This document shows, piece by piece, positions 21,822 through 32,192 of a DNA stretch of 64,000 nucleotides. The stretch is from an uncultured bacterium (lineage in GTDB: Bacteria; Krumholzibacteriota; Krumholzibacteriia; Krumholzibacteriales; Krumholzibacteriaceae). Location: positions 160,001 through 224,000 of the forward strand of contig CAWFAD010000012.1 in NCBI GenBank assembly GCA_963813815.1, read 5' to 3'. Position numbers and translations under genes: made by a program. The first letter of the stretch is position 1; each line of letters opens with the position of its first letter. The notes below the pieces were generated by a model that had not been told where the DNA came from, searched no databases, and saw only the letters and a list, made by a program, of their open reading frames with translations.

Positions 21822-22732
21822 GCTCGCTTGCGCCGGGTCGATGCGTTCCGGAAACGGCCGATTCGAAGGTACCGGGCGACGTTCGCCCCCGGATCGATCT
21901 TCGGCACGATGAACTTCCGCTCCGTCGTCATGATGACCGTGACCCCCGGGCCGTGGCCGCCGACGACGCACGAAGCGTGCGCGATGACGCCGATCGAAAG
22001 GGCGCCGCCGCGGATCGAGCGGCCGAACCTGCAGTCGGCGTCGCGGATCGCGACGACGTCCCCGAGCCGGAGGCTCTGGAGACCGTAGCGCTGAACGATG
22101 CCGGCGCCCGAAATCTGAACGTCGAAGTCGCCGCTGAAGCTGTGGCGCGATCCCATGCCCGATCCCATGATCGAGGCCGGGATCACGTGCGTGACCGGAA
22201 CGACGAGGTTCCCGTCCCGGGTCACGATCCCCATCGCGCCGAGGAGCCCCGGATCGACGCTCATGACGTGAACGCCCGGATGGCTTTGCAGCCGAAGCCC
22301 CTGCCCGACGGTTCGAATCTGGATGCGATCCCCGATCACGAGCTTGTCGAGCACGGCCGGCGGAAAATCGATGATGACGTGCTCCACCCCGCCGTGCTTT
22401 CCCGTGACCGTTCCCCGTCCGTGGATCGCCTCTCCGCTTACGACGCGCGCCTCGTTGCCGATGCACGTGAGGATGCTGAGCGCCCCGAGGCTCGTGCCGT
22501 CCCGTTCCTTGTCGTCGAGCGTGACGCTCACGCCGGGTTCGATGTGGTCCCCCGCCGCGCAGATCGCCGAATCGCCGACCTTGACGTTATACGTGATGCC
22601 GCCGGTGCCCGGAAGCACGCTGATCGAGCCGCCCGGGTCGACGAGATAGGGGTTCTTGAGCGCGATGCGGGGATGCGATATCGCCCCGAGCACCGCTTTC
22701 ACGACGCAGTCCTTCGCGTTCGTTCTGAGCAT
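21818..22732 (-). CDS. DUF4438 family protein
   Basis: MLRTN..LPGTGGITYNVKVGD..DHIEPGVS..CIGNEA..VTGKHGGVEHV..GHGPGVT, recognised family pattern. Confidence 0.75.
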   Translation of the reverse strand: MLRTNAKDCVVKAVLGAISHPRIALKNPYLVDPGGSISVLPGTGGITYNVKVGDSAICAAGDHIEPGVSVTLDDKERDGTSLGALSILTCIGNEARVVSGEAIHGRGTVTGKHGGVEHVIIDFPPAVLDKLVIGDRIQIRTVGQGLRLQSHPGVHVMSVDPGLLGAMGIVTRDGNLVVPVTHVIPASIMGSGMGSRHSFSGDFDVQISGAGIVQRYGLQSLRLGDVVAIRDADCRFGRSIRGGALSIGVIAHASCVVGGHGPGVTVIMTTERKFIVPKIDPGANVARYLRIGRFRNASTRRKRA

Positions 22733-22860
22733 CGGTATCCCTTCGCTTCCGGCGTCGCCGCGCGGGGTCTTTCATCGGGGAATTCGAGACGCAATCGTCG
22801 CAGAAACCGGCCCTTCTGTCAAGGCGCAAGGCGCCGGCGGGCCATGGCCCGCCGGGCGAA

Positions 22861-22903
22861 AAAAAGGAAAAAAAAGCCGCTTCCGTTTCCGGAAGCGGCT
22901 TTT
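22861..22903 (-). terminator. Rho-independent terminator
   Basis: aaaagccgcttccg-tttc-cggaagcggctttt hairpin with long U tract on minus strand, just after the stop at 22923. Confidence 0.85.
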
Positions 22904-22922
22904 GATCGCGCTTCGCCGGCGG

Positions 22923-24185
22923 TCACCGGATGACGACGAGGCGCCCGTACATGTCATCGCCCCCGGCCCCCTCCACCCGGTAGATGTACACGCCCGAGCA
23001 CACATCCCCGCCTTCCTTGTTCTTGACGTCCCACGAGACGACGCCGTCGTCGCCGTCCGCGCTCACGTGGCGGTACTCCCAGACCAGATCTCCCGACACC
23101 GTGAAGATCTTGACCTCGGCATCCCCCGGCACGTTGAAGAACTTGATCGTCCCATCCGGGAAATTGTGATAGGAGGGCGACGTTGCGGCGGAGGTGCCCG
23201 TCCGGTACGGATTCGGCACGGCGTATATCCTGTCGACGCTCTCGGGGGCGTCCACCGTCATGACGACCTCGTGGGCGACATCCTCGCACTCGACCGGCTC
23301 GCCGGGGATCTCGGGGGCCTCCGGATCCTCGTCGCAGATGAAATTGTCGGTCTTGTTGAAGAGGAACTTTCCCTTGAAATACCCCTTGTCGAAGCAGCTC
23401 ACGTGGTAATAGTAGGTGAATCCGACGAAAACGTCGTCGTCGACGATCTCGTAATATGGCCGCCCCCCGCCGTCGACCTTCGGCCACTCGAGAAAGTAGA
23501 GCGAGTCGGCTCTCTCGCCGAGGAGGTACGCGTCGTCGCGGGAGAGCTCCGAGATGATCACCATGTGGCTCGGCACCGGCGAGAGGCCGCGCCAGACGTG
23601 GAAGCCTTCGTACGTCTGAAGATCGATCTCGAAGTAAGCGGGGGCTTCATCCCAGGTCGTATCGACGACGCCGTCGCTGAAGCTCAAGCTGATGCCGAGA
23701 TCGAGATCGACTCCGCTCTCGAGTCCCTCGAGCACGAGCGGTATGGGGCTTCCCACCGTATAGTAGAGGGATCCGAGATTGAACTCCTTCGCGTAGGAAT
23801 CGAAGCGATCGACGACCTCGGCGCGCATGCGGATGGACGGCGTGTACGCGACGGTGTCCCGAGTCGCCGCGCCGACGCGCGATATCTTGACGGTGCGATC
23901 GATTACGCCTCCGTAAACGCCGGCGACGCCCACGCGCGACACGGCCGGATCGTTCACGTACCAGTTGCTGAAATCGCGGGAGCCGGATACCGACGCGACG
24001 TCCTCGGCGGGCGGATACCATCTGACGAGGATCGCCGAACCTTCGCGACGAACGTAGACCGAGTCGGGCGGAACGATGGCGAGCCGCATCGTGTCGATCG
24101 CGCTTTGCGCCCAAGCATCGGAGCCGGCGATGGCTATCCCGAGCAGCACGAACGCGAGCACCGTTCCCCGTCGAATACGATTCAC
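22923..24185 (-). CDS. Secreted protein with C-terminal T9SS-like sorting domain (420 aa)
   Basis: GTG start behind AAGGAGG; signal peptide; YEGFHVWR..GFTYYYHVSCFD; C-terminal IYAVPNPY..IFTVSGDLV..WDVKNKEG..SGVYIY. Confidence 0.8.
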   Translation of the reverse strand: MNRIRRGTVLAFVLLGIAIAGSDAWAQSAIDTMRLAIVPPDSVYVRREGSAILVRWYPPAEDVASVSGSRDFSNWYVNDPAVSRVGVAGVYGGVIDRTVKISRVGAATRDTVAYTPSIRMRAEVVDRFDSYAKEFNLGSLYYTVGSPIPLVLEGLESGVDLDLGISLSFSDGVVDTTWDEAPAYFEIDLQTYEGFHVWRGLSPVPSHMVIISELSRDDAYLLGERADSLYFLEWPKVDGGGRPYYEIVDDDVFVGFTYYYHVSCFDKGYFKGKFLFNKTDNFICDEDPEAPEIPGEPVECEDVAHEVVMTVDAPESVDRIYAVPNPYRTGTSAATSPSYHNFPDGTIKFFNVPGDAEVKIFTVSGDLVWEYRHVSADGDDGVVSWDVKNKEGGDVCSGVYIYRVEGAGGDDMYGRLVVIR

Positions 24186-24220
24186 CGTGCCTCCTTTTTC
24201 AGCGCCCCCGCCGTGAAACG

Positions 24221-26494
24221 TCACGGGGCGAGAATCTGCCATTCTCTGAATATCGTGTTCATGATCGAATCGACCTGCGCGCGGTTGAAATACCAGAGCT
24301 CGAACCCCAAATGGAAGCTCGGCGCAGCGACCTCGATACCGGTTTCGGCGTCGGGCACGACGTCCGCGTACTTCGTCACGAACACCGAGATCGCCGTCTT
24401 GTCGAGGACCGAAAGGGTGCTCTTCGAGCGCATCCGGAAGATCGGATGGAAGCAGGGCTGGTTCCTCGTGTAGTTCTGGTCCATCCAGTACTTCGGATCG
24501 TAGATTTCGGCGAGCGTGAAGCCGCCCGGACGGCTGTCCGTGAGCGGGGGGTTCAGGTAGAAGTACGATGTCGGCAACGTAACATTTGACCACAGGTAGA
24601 GCCGCTCCGGAAAACCGGGAATGCTGTCGTGCCATGCATCCGTCGTACGATAGCCGTTGGCCATGCAATCGAAGTTCTTGACCTTTCTCGGCGGCATGCC
24701 CTCATCGGTGCGGATCGTGCCGAGGATCTTGTCCAGCATCGAGATGCAATAGTCCTTGAACGGGAACGAGTTCACGCCGCTCGTATCCCCCTCGCATCCG
24801 GTTCTGTTCCCGGTGATCTCGCATTTGAGGCTCATGGGATAGCTCTGGGCGAGCGTCGGGAGACACGCGGCGAGCCCGCCGGTGCGCTCCGAGTTGCCCT
24901 CGGTGAGGAGATGCCCTCCCTTTGCGAGAAAGAGCGAGAGATAGTTCACCGTCAGCTTGGCTCCCGCGGTCACCTGGCTTTCGGGCGTGAAGAGAATCAC
25001 GTTGTCCCAGCATCCGTTGTCGAGCGCCGACGAGTAGGTCCAAATGATGTTCTTGTAGCGTCCGATGTACGAGATGAGCGGAGGCCGAGCGTTGTTGACG
25101 TAGTAAACGTCGTATACGTCCCGTGCTTGGTCGAATCCGGCCGTTCTCTTGCAGTACGTGAGCCAGAAATCGTCGTGTTCCTTCTCGTTCGGCAGCATGT
25201 AGTTGACCTGCACGAAATCAGAAGACGGGAAGTCGTCGACCCAGAGCAGATTGCGATCCATGGTGAAGGGCACGATGTTGATCTCGATCTGTCCGAGCGT
25301 CTCGGTCCCCGCGTTGTCGATGACCCGCACGAAGAGCGTGTGCACTCCCGAGTACCAGGTAGCCGTGCAGGCACGGATAAACGGGGAGCATTCGGAATCC
25401 CAGTCGCTCGGATTGTTCACGTCGGAGACGTCCCACCCGTACTGGTAGCAGACGATTTCGCCGCCGTAGCTTTCGGCGGTGGCCTCCCAGCGGAAGTTGA
25501 GCGTGACGCCCGGAGGTATGTCGCGCTTCTCGGCATTCAGGTTCGTGCCGAGGAACTGAAAGGTTCCGAGAAACGGCTCGGAGATGTTGAGCGTCGGGCC
25601 GGCCTGCTCCGACACGATGAACTGCCGCACGTTGGATTCGCGGTCGAAAATGCTCGTGACCGCTCCCGCCTCGTCCTTCGCCTGAACGGCGAAGATATGC
25701 GAGCGGTTCAACTCGAGAACCTCGTCGTCGCCGAGAATCGTGAGGCGCCCCGAATCCCCCTCCGCTCGATACCAAATCCACGATTGCCATTTGTCTTCGT
25801 AGCGTTCGGGGTGGTCGTTGAGGTCGGCGACGATGTCGAAGGTCGCGTCGTATACGCCGAGGGGATTGATGAGGAGACTGTACAGGTACCGGATGGAATC
25901 GGGATCCTGCGTGTTGTCGGGCGAATCGATCGGGTCGCGGCCCGTCCATCCGAAAGTGATGATGCGGCTAAGAACCTGGACGGAGGTGGTCGATGGAGGC
26001 CGGGGACGATCGATCGTAACGAACGGAGCGAGCGTCCACGCGGTGAACGAGCGGTACACGGGCACCGAGCGCTTTCCCTGCAAGTCGACGGCGCGCAGGA
26101 AGAAGGTGTGCGTCTTGTCGTACCGCGTATAGAGCGTGGTGCCGATGATCACGTTCCGGGAGGTGTCGTCGGCCGAAACCCTGAAGACGCTGTCGTGAGC
26201 GACGGTTTGCATCCACTTGTCGAGACCCGTCGTATCCTCTTGATTGAACCCGATCGGATCGCCCGCGGCCACGACGAACTCGTACGCCGTCACCTCGCCG
26301 TCGGGATCCCAACCGCCCCAGTAGAAATGCACCTGATATCCCGTCGTGTCCCCTTCCACGGGGCCGCTCGAAAGCCAGACTTCGGGCGGCAGGTTCTGGC
26401 CCCGTTCCCCGATGAGGGTGTTCTCGCACCCGAGCCCCACGGCGAGCGCGGCGAGCGCCGCGAGGACGCCGATACGCAGCAACGACGGTTTCAT
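24221..26494 (-). CDS. Large surface lipoprotein with tandem FN3/Ig-like modules (757 aa)
   Basis: ATG behind GAGGAGG; lipobox LGC; repeated W.G.DPDG and F.V.A.D..G modules; C-terminal LLWVDDF domain. Confidence 0.8.
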   Translation of the reverse strand: MKPSLLRIGVLAALAALAVGLGCENTLIGERGQNLPPEVWLSSGPVEGDTTGYQVHFYWGGWDPDGEVTAYEFVVAAGDPIGFNQEDTTGLDKWMQTVAHDSVFRVSADDTSRNVIIGTTLYTRYDKTHTFFLRAVDLQGKRSVPVYRSFTAWTLAPFVTIDRPRPPSTTSVQVLSRIITFGWTGRDPIDSPDNTQDPDSIRYLYSLLINPLGVYDATFDIVADLNDHPERYEDKWQSWIWYRAEGDSGRLTILGDDEVLELNRSHIFAVQAKDEAGAVTSIFDRESNVRQFIVSEQAGPTLNISEPFLGTFQFLGTNLNAEKRDIPPGVTLNFRWEATAESYGGEIVCYQYGWDVSDVNNPSDWDSECSPFIRACTATWYSGVHTLFVRVIDNAGTETLGQIEINIVPFTMDRNLLWVDDFPSSDFVQVNYMLPNEKEHDDFWLTYCKRTAGFDQARDVYDVYYVNNARPPLISYIGRYKNIIWTYSSALDNGCWDNVILFTPESQVTAGAKLTVNYLSLFLAKGGHLLTEGNSERTGGLAACLPTLAQSYPMSLKCEITGNRTGCEGDTSGVNSFPFKDYCISMLDKILGTIRTDEGMPPRKVKNFDCMANGYRTTDAWHDSIPGFPERLYLWSNVTLPTSYFYLNPPLTDSRPGGFTLAEIYDPKYWMDQNYTRNQPCFHPIFRMRSKSTLSVLDKTAISVFVTKYADVVPDAETGIEVAAPSFHLGFELWYFNRAQVDSIMNTIFREWQILAP

Positions 26495-26552
26495 GTTTCC
26501 CCGGACCTCCTCATCCCATCTTGCGGCTGGGATATCGAAACGCTTCAACAAG

Positions 26553-28511
26553 CTACCTCACGAGCTTCAGATACACGGTGCCGTTGCGGCCGACACGCCT
26601 CGCGTAGTTCGCGAAAAAGTAATCCGTCGTGATCCAGTTATCCGCCGGAATTACGACGCCGAGGCTATCGAACGTCGGGCTTTTTCCCCGAATGCCCTCG
26701 CTGAACATCTCCGTATCCTTGACGTCGGATCCGGTCACGTTGATGTACTGAGTCCCGAAAAAGGCGGGCGGATTCGCCACCACCGAATCGGTCTGCGCAA
26801 AAAGCTCCTCCGGCGTATCCACGTAGGGGACCGTTATGCTGAACGACACCTCCTGCGTGCACGTATTGAGCGGCTTGTCGAACTGCCATTCCCCCTCGCG
26901 GTAAAACGCGAGATCCTGATCCGGATCGGTCACGTAGTAACGCCACGCCTTGATGCCGGAGCCGATCCGATCCCGTTTGTCGTCATGCCCGCCGACCACG
27001 ATGTGCCACTTGTAGTATTTCGTGATCGAAACGCCAAGGACGGTCTTGAGGTCGTACGGGCATACGAGATCGCCCAGCGAGCCGCGGAGCGGCGCGAGCC
27101 AGCTGAACCGGATCGTATCGTTATCCGAGTAGTGGAAGAGGGTCGTCGTCCTTTGGTCGAAAAAGCCCGTTATCATGCTGTCGATCGATGGAACGAAGTT
27201 CCCGCTGAACGTCACCACGGCCGGCGTTCCGTCGGGCCGGCTCTGCTCGTCGTACGATCGCGCCAGGAACCGGTATTCGAACGAGCCCACCCGCATCGTC
27301 GTCGAATCGACGTCGCGGTTGATGTCCTCGACGTCCGCGTTGGGGTTGGTGTCCTCGGGGGTCTTGAGCGGATACCACGGCGACAGCTTGTCCGCGGTCG
27401 GCAGTCCGCTCTCGGAGATCGACCAGCGGTTGTACTGAAACTGGAACCGGATGGGCAGCGGGGGATTCTCGTACTGCAGGTCGTCCTTGGGATCGTCCCA
27501 TCCGCGGTACCGCATGCGAAGGCGCGCGTTGTACGGAAGGGTGTCCGGAATGCCGTCGCTGAAATCGACCGACAGGCTCTCCGGAAGACCGGTCGAGGCC
27601 GGCCAGTAAAAGCAATCGCCGCGCAGAATCTCGGTGTCCGGATCGTGGTTGACGACGACGCGGCAGACCCCCTCGCCGGTGATGATGTCGGATCTGGAAA
27701 GCGCGCCGGCCTCGTCACGGGCAATGACCTTGAAGTTGAACGCTCCGCTCGGCAGAACCTCGGCGCCGGTGTTGGGGAGCACGACCGATACGACCTCGTC
27801 CTGCCTCTCCGGTATGAGCCAATCGACGGTGCCGTCGCCGTCGTAGTCCGGATACACGACGCCGCCGTAGCTCCAGCGATACCCCGTGATGACGTTGTTC
27901 ACGGTCGTCCCGAGGAACTTGACCGTAAAGGGAGCGAACATGCTGATGGTATCGAGCGCGCTCGGATCGTAGGGCACGTCTCCGGCGCCGAAATTCAGCC
28001 AGAACTGAACCTTCGGAATCCCCCGGACGCGGGCGAAGAACTGAATCCGGGCCGGGCTGGGGTCGATGCGTCCGCCGTCGTCGATCGACGCCACATGAAA
28101 GGCCTGCCGGTTGATCATGGCGAGCTTGACGTCGTCGAATCCCTTGAAAATGATCACGGTGTCGGTCTTCGTGGTGAACCGTCCGCGCAGGTAGTCGGCG
28201 ATGCGCTGCTCCGGATTCCAGTCGCGCAGCTCCGTGTCGGGATTGCCTTCGGGATCGAGGGTGAGCAGGGTGTCGGATATGTACCAGATGTAGCGCTTGA
28301 CCGTTCCGTCATTGTCCGTCCCGTGCCAGAACATGTGGACGCGATAGTCCGTCGCGGTCGTCTCGGTCGGCGAGTTCGTGAGATACGTCCCTGGCGCCTG
28401 ATTGCGGTCGAGCGGTTCCGGCTCGCGCCGGCACGCGGGAAGGAGCATGAGGAGAACGAGCGCGGCCGCGAGCGCGGCCTCAACTGCGAACAATGCCTTC
28501 ATCCGTCCCAT
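26553..28511 (-). CDS. Large surface lipoprotein, paralogous modules to the downstream gene (652 aa)
   Basis: Lipobox LLPAC; NQAPGTYL..YRVHMFWHGTDNDGTVKRY; FKVIARDEAG. Confidence 0.8.
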   Translation of the reverse strand: MGRMKALFAVEAALAAALVLLMLLPACRREPEPLDRNQAPGTYLTNSPTETTATDYRVHMFWHGTDNDGTVKRYIWYISDTLLTLDPEGNPDTELRDWNPEQRIADYLRGRFTTKTDTVIIFKGFDDVKLAMINRQAFHVASIDDGGRIDPSPARIQFFARVRGIPKVQFWLNFGAGDVPYDPSALDTISMFAPFTVKFLGTTVNNVITGYRWSYGGVVYPDYDGDGTVDWLIPERQDEVVSVVLPNTGAEVLPSGAFNFKVIARDEAGALSRSDIITGEGVCRVVVNHDPDTEILRGDCFYWPASTGLPESLSVDFSDGIPDTLPYNARLRMRYRGWDDPKDDLQYENPPLPIRFQFQYNRWSISESGLPTADKLSPWYPLKTPEDTNPNADVEDINRDVDSTTMRVGSFEYRFLARSYDEQSRPDGTPAVVTFSGNFVPSIDSMITGFFDQRTTTLFHYSDNDTIRFSWLAPLRGSLGDLVCPYDLKTVLGVSITKYYKWHIVVGGHDDKRDRIGSGIKAWRYYVTDPDQDLAFYREGEWQFDKPLNTCTQEVSFSITVPYVDTPEELFAQTDSVVANPPAFFGTQYINVTGSDVKDTEMFSEGIRGKSPTFDSLGVVIPADNWITTDYFFANYARRVGRNGTVYLKLVR

Positions 28512-28568
28512 AGTTCCCTTCTTTATGTCTTGTAAATCGCGCGCAACCAACATCCCAACGCTATATGT

Positions 28569-28596
28569 AATATAGGATTTAATACCGCCCTGTCAA
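28569..28596 (-). promoter_or_regulatory. Putative sigma70 promoter
   Basis: TTGACA-16 nt-TATATT in AT-rich intergenic DNA upstream of the 28511 start. Confidence 0.45.
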
Positions 28597-28655
28597 ACTG
28601 ATTTTCACGGGGGGCGAGGGGGGCCGAAAGGCGTTCCGCGGCGGGGTTCGGAGGC

Positions 28656-28690
28656 AAAAAAAGGAGCCGGGAGCTGAGCTCCCGGCTCCT
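28656..28690 (-). terminator. Rho-independent terminator
   Basis: aggagccgggagc-tga-gctcccggctcct hairpin followed by a U run on minus strand. Confidence 0.85.
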
Positions 28691-28725
28691 GCCAGGTCAA
28701 TCAGTGAGACCCGGTCGACGCCATG

Positions 28726-31700
28726 CTACCGCAGCATGACCATCTTCTTGGTCTGGCTGAAGTCCTTGGTCTCCATCTTGTAGAAGTAGATGCCGCTCGC
28801 AACAGCGCCGCCACGGTCGTTCATGCCGTCCCAGGCGATGTTGTAGGAGCCCGCATCCTTCACGCCGTCAACGAGCGTGCGCACGAGCTGCCCGGCGACG
28901 TTGTAGATCTTCAACGTCACAAAGCCCTTCTCCCGCATGTCGATCCGGATGGTCGTCGACGGGTTGAAGGGGTTCGGGAAGTTCTGCGCGAGCGCGTAGG
29001 CCGACGGAGTCTCGTTGCCCGAAATCACGAGGTTCGTCTCGTTCTGCATCCAGACGAGCACGTCGTTCGCGATTTCGAACTTGTCCATCGGCACCGTGTT
29101 GACGTCGTCACGAACGTACGAGAAGCTGAACCCGAACCACATGGTGCGGACCGGGAACCCGCTCGTGTTCGTGGTCGCCTTCGAGATGGCGGCGTAGAAG
29201 TTCGTTCCGAGGTACGACGGATACGTCAGGGCGTACTTTCCGCCGGCCGTCTTCTCGAGGCAGTCGAACTGGTTGATGACGAAGCAACCGCCGAAGGCGT
29301 ACAGCTTGTCGGGCACGCCGCTGTGAACGAAGATGCCCGAGTCCGGTGTTGCCCGTGAGAAGCGGCGTCACGACGCCGCCGCTCAACCGGCCGCCCGTCT
29401 CTTCGAAGTAGCTCGTCGCGACGTAGTCGACGCCGCACCAGGAGCTCATGAGGAGAAGCGCGGAGCCGCCGGCCGCGCCGTCGAGGTCAAAGGCGATGTC
29501 GTCGCCGCAGACCCAGAGGCCGCACTGGTGCTCCGAGAGGCTCATCCAGTCGACGAGCATCTGGCAGTCGTTCGCCTTGTCGCTGTGGGCCGTGCCCTCG
29601 CTGATCGTCACGGACTCGAGATCGCCGCAATCCCACACGATCGTCTCGTACGTGCTTCTCAGCTGATAGTTCTTCGCACGGCTTCCCGGACCGTTCGAAA
29701 CGCCCGAGCTCGGGGCGTTCACGTCGTAGATGTCGATCTTGGCGTCCGGCAGAGCGAGCACGGCGTCGAACACCGGCAGCCAGTACTGCTCGACCGAGCC
29801 GAGGAACGATCCACGACCGGTGAAGTCGTCCACGAAGAGCACGTCGGTGTTGAGCGTCGGGAAACAGGTCCACTCGAAGTACGGCGGGCCCGAGCGCGAG
29901 TAGCGCGGGTAGCGCCGACGTGACGTTCTTCGCATCCACGGCCGTGAAGTAGAAATCAATCTTGTAGCCGCGGGTGAAGAGCTCGTCGTTGAGGTCGACC
30001 ATGAACTTGCCTTCGACGAGGCCAGCGCCCGTCCGGGCCGAGTCGCACTGGATCTTCGTCCAGACGCCGCTCGTGCTCACGTAGTTGAAGTTCACGAACG
30101 TCTCCGGATCGTCGTCGATGAGAACCGATCCGGCGAGCGACGCACCGGTGAGATTCGGCTTCGTCGGCGCGGGGCCGATGTAGGTCGCCTTCACGTTGAT
30201 GTACACGGCTGCGCCGCCGAAGGTGTTGTCCTCTTTGAGCCCGTTCGCGAGAAGCGACGTGCAATCGACCACGAGCGAGTCGCCCGGATGAATGACCGGG
30301 TTGTCGCCCGCGAAGATGTCGTTCGCCGCGTCGCAGCGGACGTAGCTCTCGATGTTGTACTCAGCCTCGGGGAAGTTGTCCTGGAAGAAATCCAGGTCGC
30401 GGTATCCCCACTGCGGACCGGCGGTCCGGTACCGGTACAGACGCACGTTGTCGATCCAGGGCGACGGAGTGTGCGCCGCGCAGTTGCCGTACGTGTTGTA
30501 CCAGGCGTCGCACATGTCCGAGCAACCGATTCTGAGCTGCACCGGATCGTTGCTGCCGATGAACTTGCTCACGTCGGCGCCCGTATAGATGTAATCCATG
30601 TCGGGGCCGTAGTAAACGAAGTTATCGTCCGCCCACTGGCCGGGGCACCCGTCGATGATCGACCGGACGGACCACGTGTAGAACACGAGGTTCGAGAGCG
30701 GCAGATCGCGGTACGAGGTGAACCGGAGAATGGCTCCGCCGAGCGCGTTCAGATCGGTCGAAGTGATAGTGCCATCCTGAACGTTGTTGCACGCCGTCGA
30801 GTACATCGTCATGTTGATGACCGGCGATACGATGCCCTCATCCTGGCACGGAGCGCTGGTGCCGCCGGGGCCCGTGCAGAACGGGGTATCGAAGAGACCC
30901 GGATAGCTCGTGCTGATCTCGCCGGAGCCGACGAAGAACACAACCTGCGTGGCGAAGTTGTCGCCGCACGGATCCTTGTCGGACAGGTTGTTGTAGAGGC
31001 CGGCGAAGCTGCCGTACGGAGTCTCCGGACGCGCGTGCCAGATCCCCGCGTCGGTCGCGTTGACGGCCGCGGCCTCGAAGTTTTCGTACAGGTTGAGGGA
31101 CGCGGCGTCCTGAATGCGCAGCGCGTCGACGATGGACGCGCCGTTCGTGTTCCACAGGCCGTCCTGATCGCTCCAGGCGCCGTCGGCCGTAAAGTGGAAG
31201 CGAAGCTTCGTCCGAGCCTGCGTCGTGTACACGAACACGGTCCCCGTCGTGTCACCGAGGTCGTCGAACTCCGCGAGCTCCACCCAGTTGCCGCCGCCGC
31301 CGTCGTATTCGATCCGCGTGTAATCGTATCCAGGCTCCGAATCCCATCTCAGCATGTACGAGAAGGTGATCGTGCCCTGGAATGCGAACGGATCGCTCGT
31401 CAGCATCTGGTTCCAGTAGTTGCCGTAGCCAGGCGCGTACTCCCACGAACAGAGGTACGGATCAACGAGATTCTCGCGGCAACCGCACCACATCGACTTC
31501 AAGCCCTCGAGCGGAAGCCAGTCGGTGCCGAGGCCGGCGAAATCGTCCACGTGGAAGAACGTATCAACCTGAGCCGTGTTATCGAGCTTGGTCCAGCCCT
31601 GCCAGCTATTCGTCTCGAACGTGTACCAGACCATGCAGTACGTATCCACGGCGGCGGACTCGTAGAGACCGCGCAGACCAGGATCGACCGACTCGAGCGA

Positions 31701-31823
31701 CTCTTCGCTCGACCAGTCTCTCATGGGACGCTTGCCAGGATTCGTTACTTCGCGGGCTGCGACCGAGCCGATGAGCAGGGCAACAAAGCAGACGCCTAGT
31801 AAGAGTACTAGTGCCTTTCTCAT
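28726..31823 (-). CDS. Large Cys-rich secreted protein (~1030 aa) with C-terminal FlgD-Ig/T9SS-like domain; two single-base frameshifts (~29905, ~29345)
   Basis: MRKALVLLLGVCFVALLIGSVAA signal; three consecutive ORFs join in register (..VTSAL|PRYSRSGPPYFEW..; ..LLTGN|DSGIFVHSGVPDKLY..); C-terminal LAQNFPNPFNPST..WDGMNDRG..SGIYFY. Confidence 0.8.
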
Positions 31824-31864
31824 TATTGTTTTCCCCCCATCGTTAAGAAAACAACGATGTGTAT

Positions 31865-31939
31865 CTACCGCACAACGAATTGAAGGATCTCCAAGCAAAG
31901 TGCCAAACCCCCTTTATATCGAATCATGTTGTATTTCAT
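31865..31939 (-). CDS. Possible 24-aa leader peptide (MKYNMIRYKGGLALCLEILQFVVR)
   Basis: Preceded by AAGGAGGTG, but SD spacing is suboptimal for both ATGs. Confidence 0.3.
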   Translation of the reverse strand: MKYNMIRYKGGLALCLEILQFVVR

Positions 31940-32100
31940 CACCTCCTTCCACGATCCGATGGCAAGCAGGGCTTCTTCCGTCAGAGTTCCGAAACTTAGT
32001 GTCGAGTAAGCCTGGTTCTCCAAACGGCGGTGGGGGTTGTAACCCCGCTACATAAAGGAGGCAGACCCTCTCGGGTATTCCTCCACTCTGCTTGCGAGAC
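31940..32100 (-). ncRNA. Structured 5' leader, candidate cis-regulatory RNA
   Basis: Closing helix GCAAGCAG/CUGCUUGC; hairpin GGAGG..ACCC-GAGA-GGGU..CCUCC; further stems; anti-SD able to pair with the downstream AAGGAGGUG. Confidence 0.5.
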
Positions 32101-32106
32101 AGGGAG

Positions 32107-32136
32107 AGTGTAGCACGGATTTTGGACCGGTGTCAA
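32107..32136 (-). promoter_or_regulatory. Sigma70 promoter with extended -10
   Basis: TTGACA-18 nt-TACACT with TGn immediately before the -10. Confidence 0.65.
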
Positions 32137-32192
32137 GAGCAACTTCGGAGCGAACCGAGAGTGAAATAAAGATTTTTGACGCCGAGGGGAGG

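Noticed and set aside
29340..29910. Programmed frameshifting or phase variation in the large surface protein
   Set aside because: No slippery heptamer or repeat tract; other indels in the window point to sequencing error.
31938..31950. atcacctccttcc resembling the 16S rRNA 3' end
   Set aside because: Simply the complement of a strong SD; no rRNA sequence around it.
32040..32085. Resemblance to c-di-GMP-I riboswitch (GNRA hairpin, GCCUCC, UAGCGGGGUUAC)
   Set aside because: Lacks the GGCAAA and GACGCAAA core; kept only as an unassigned structured leader.
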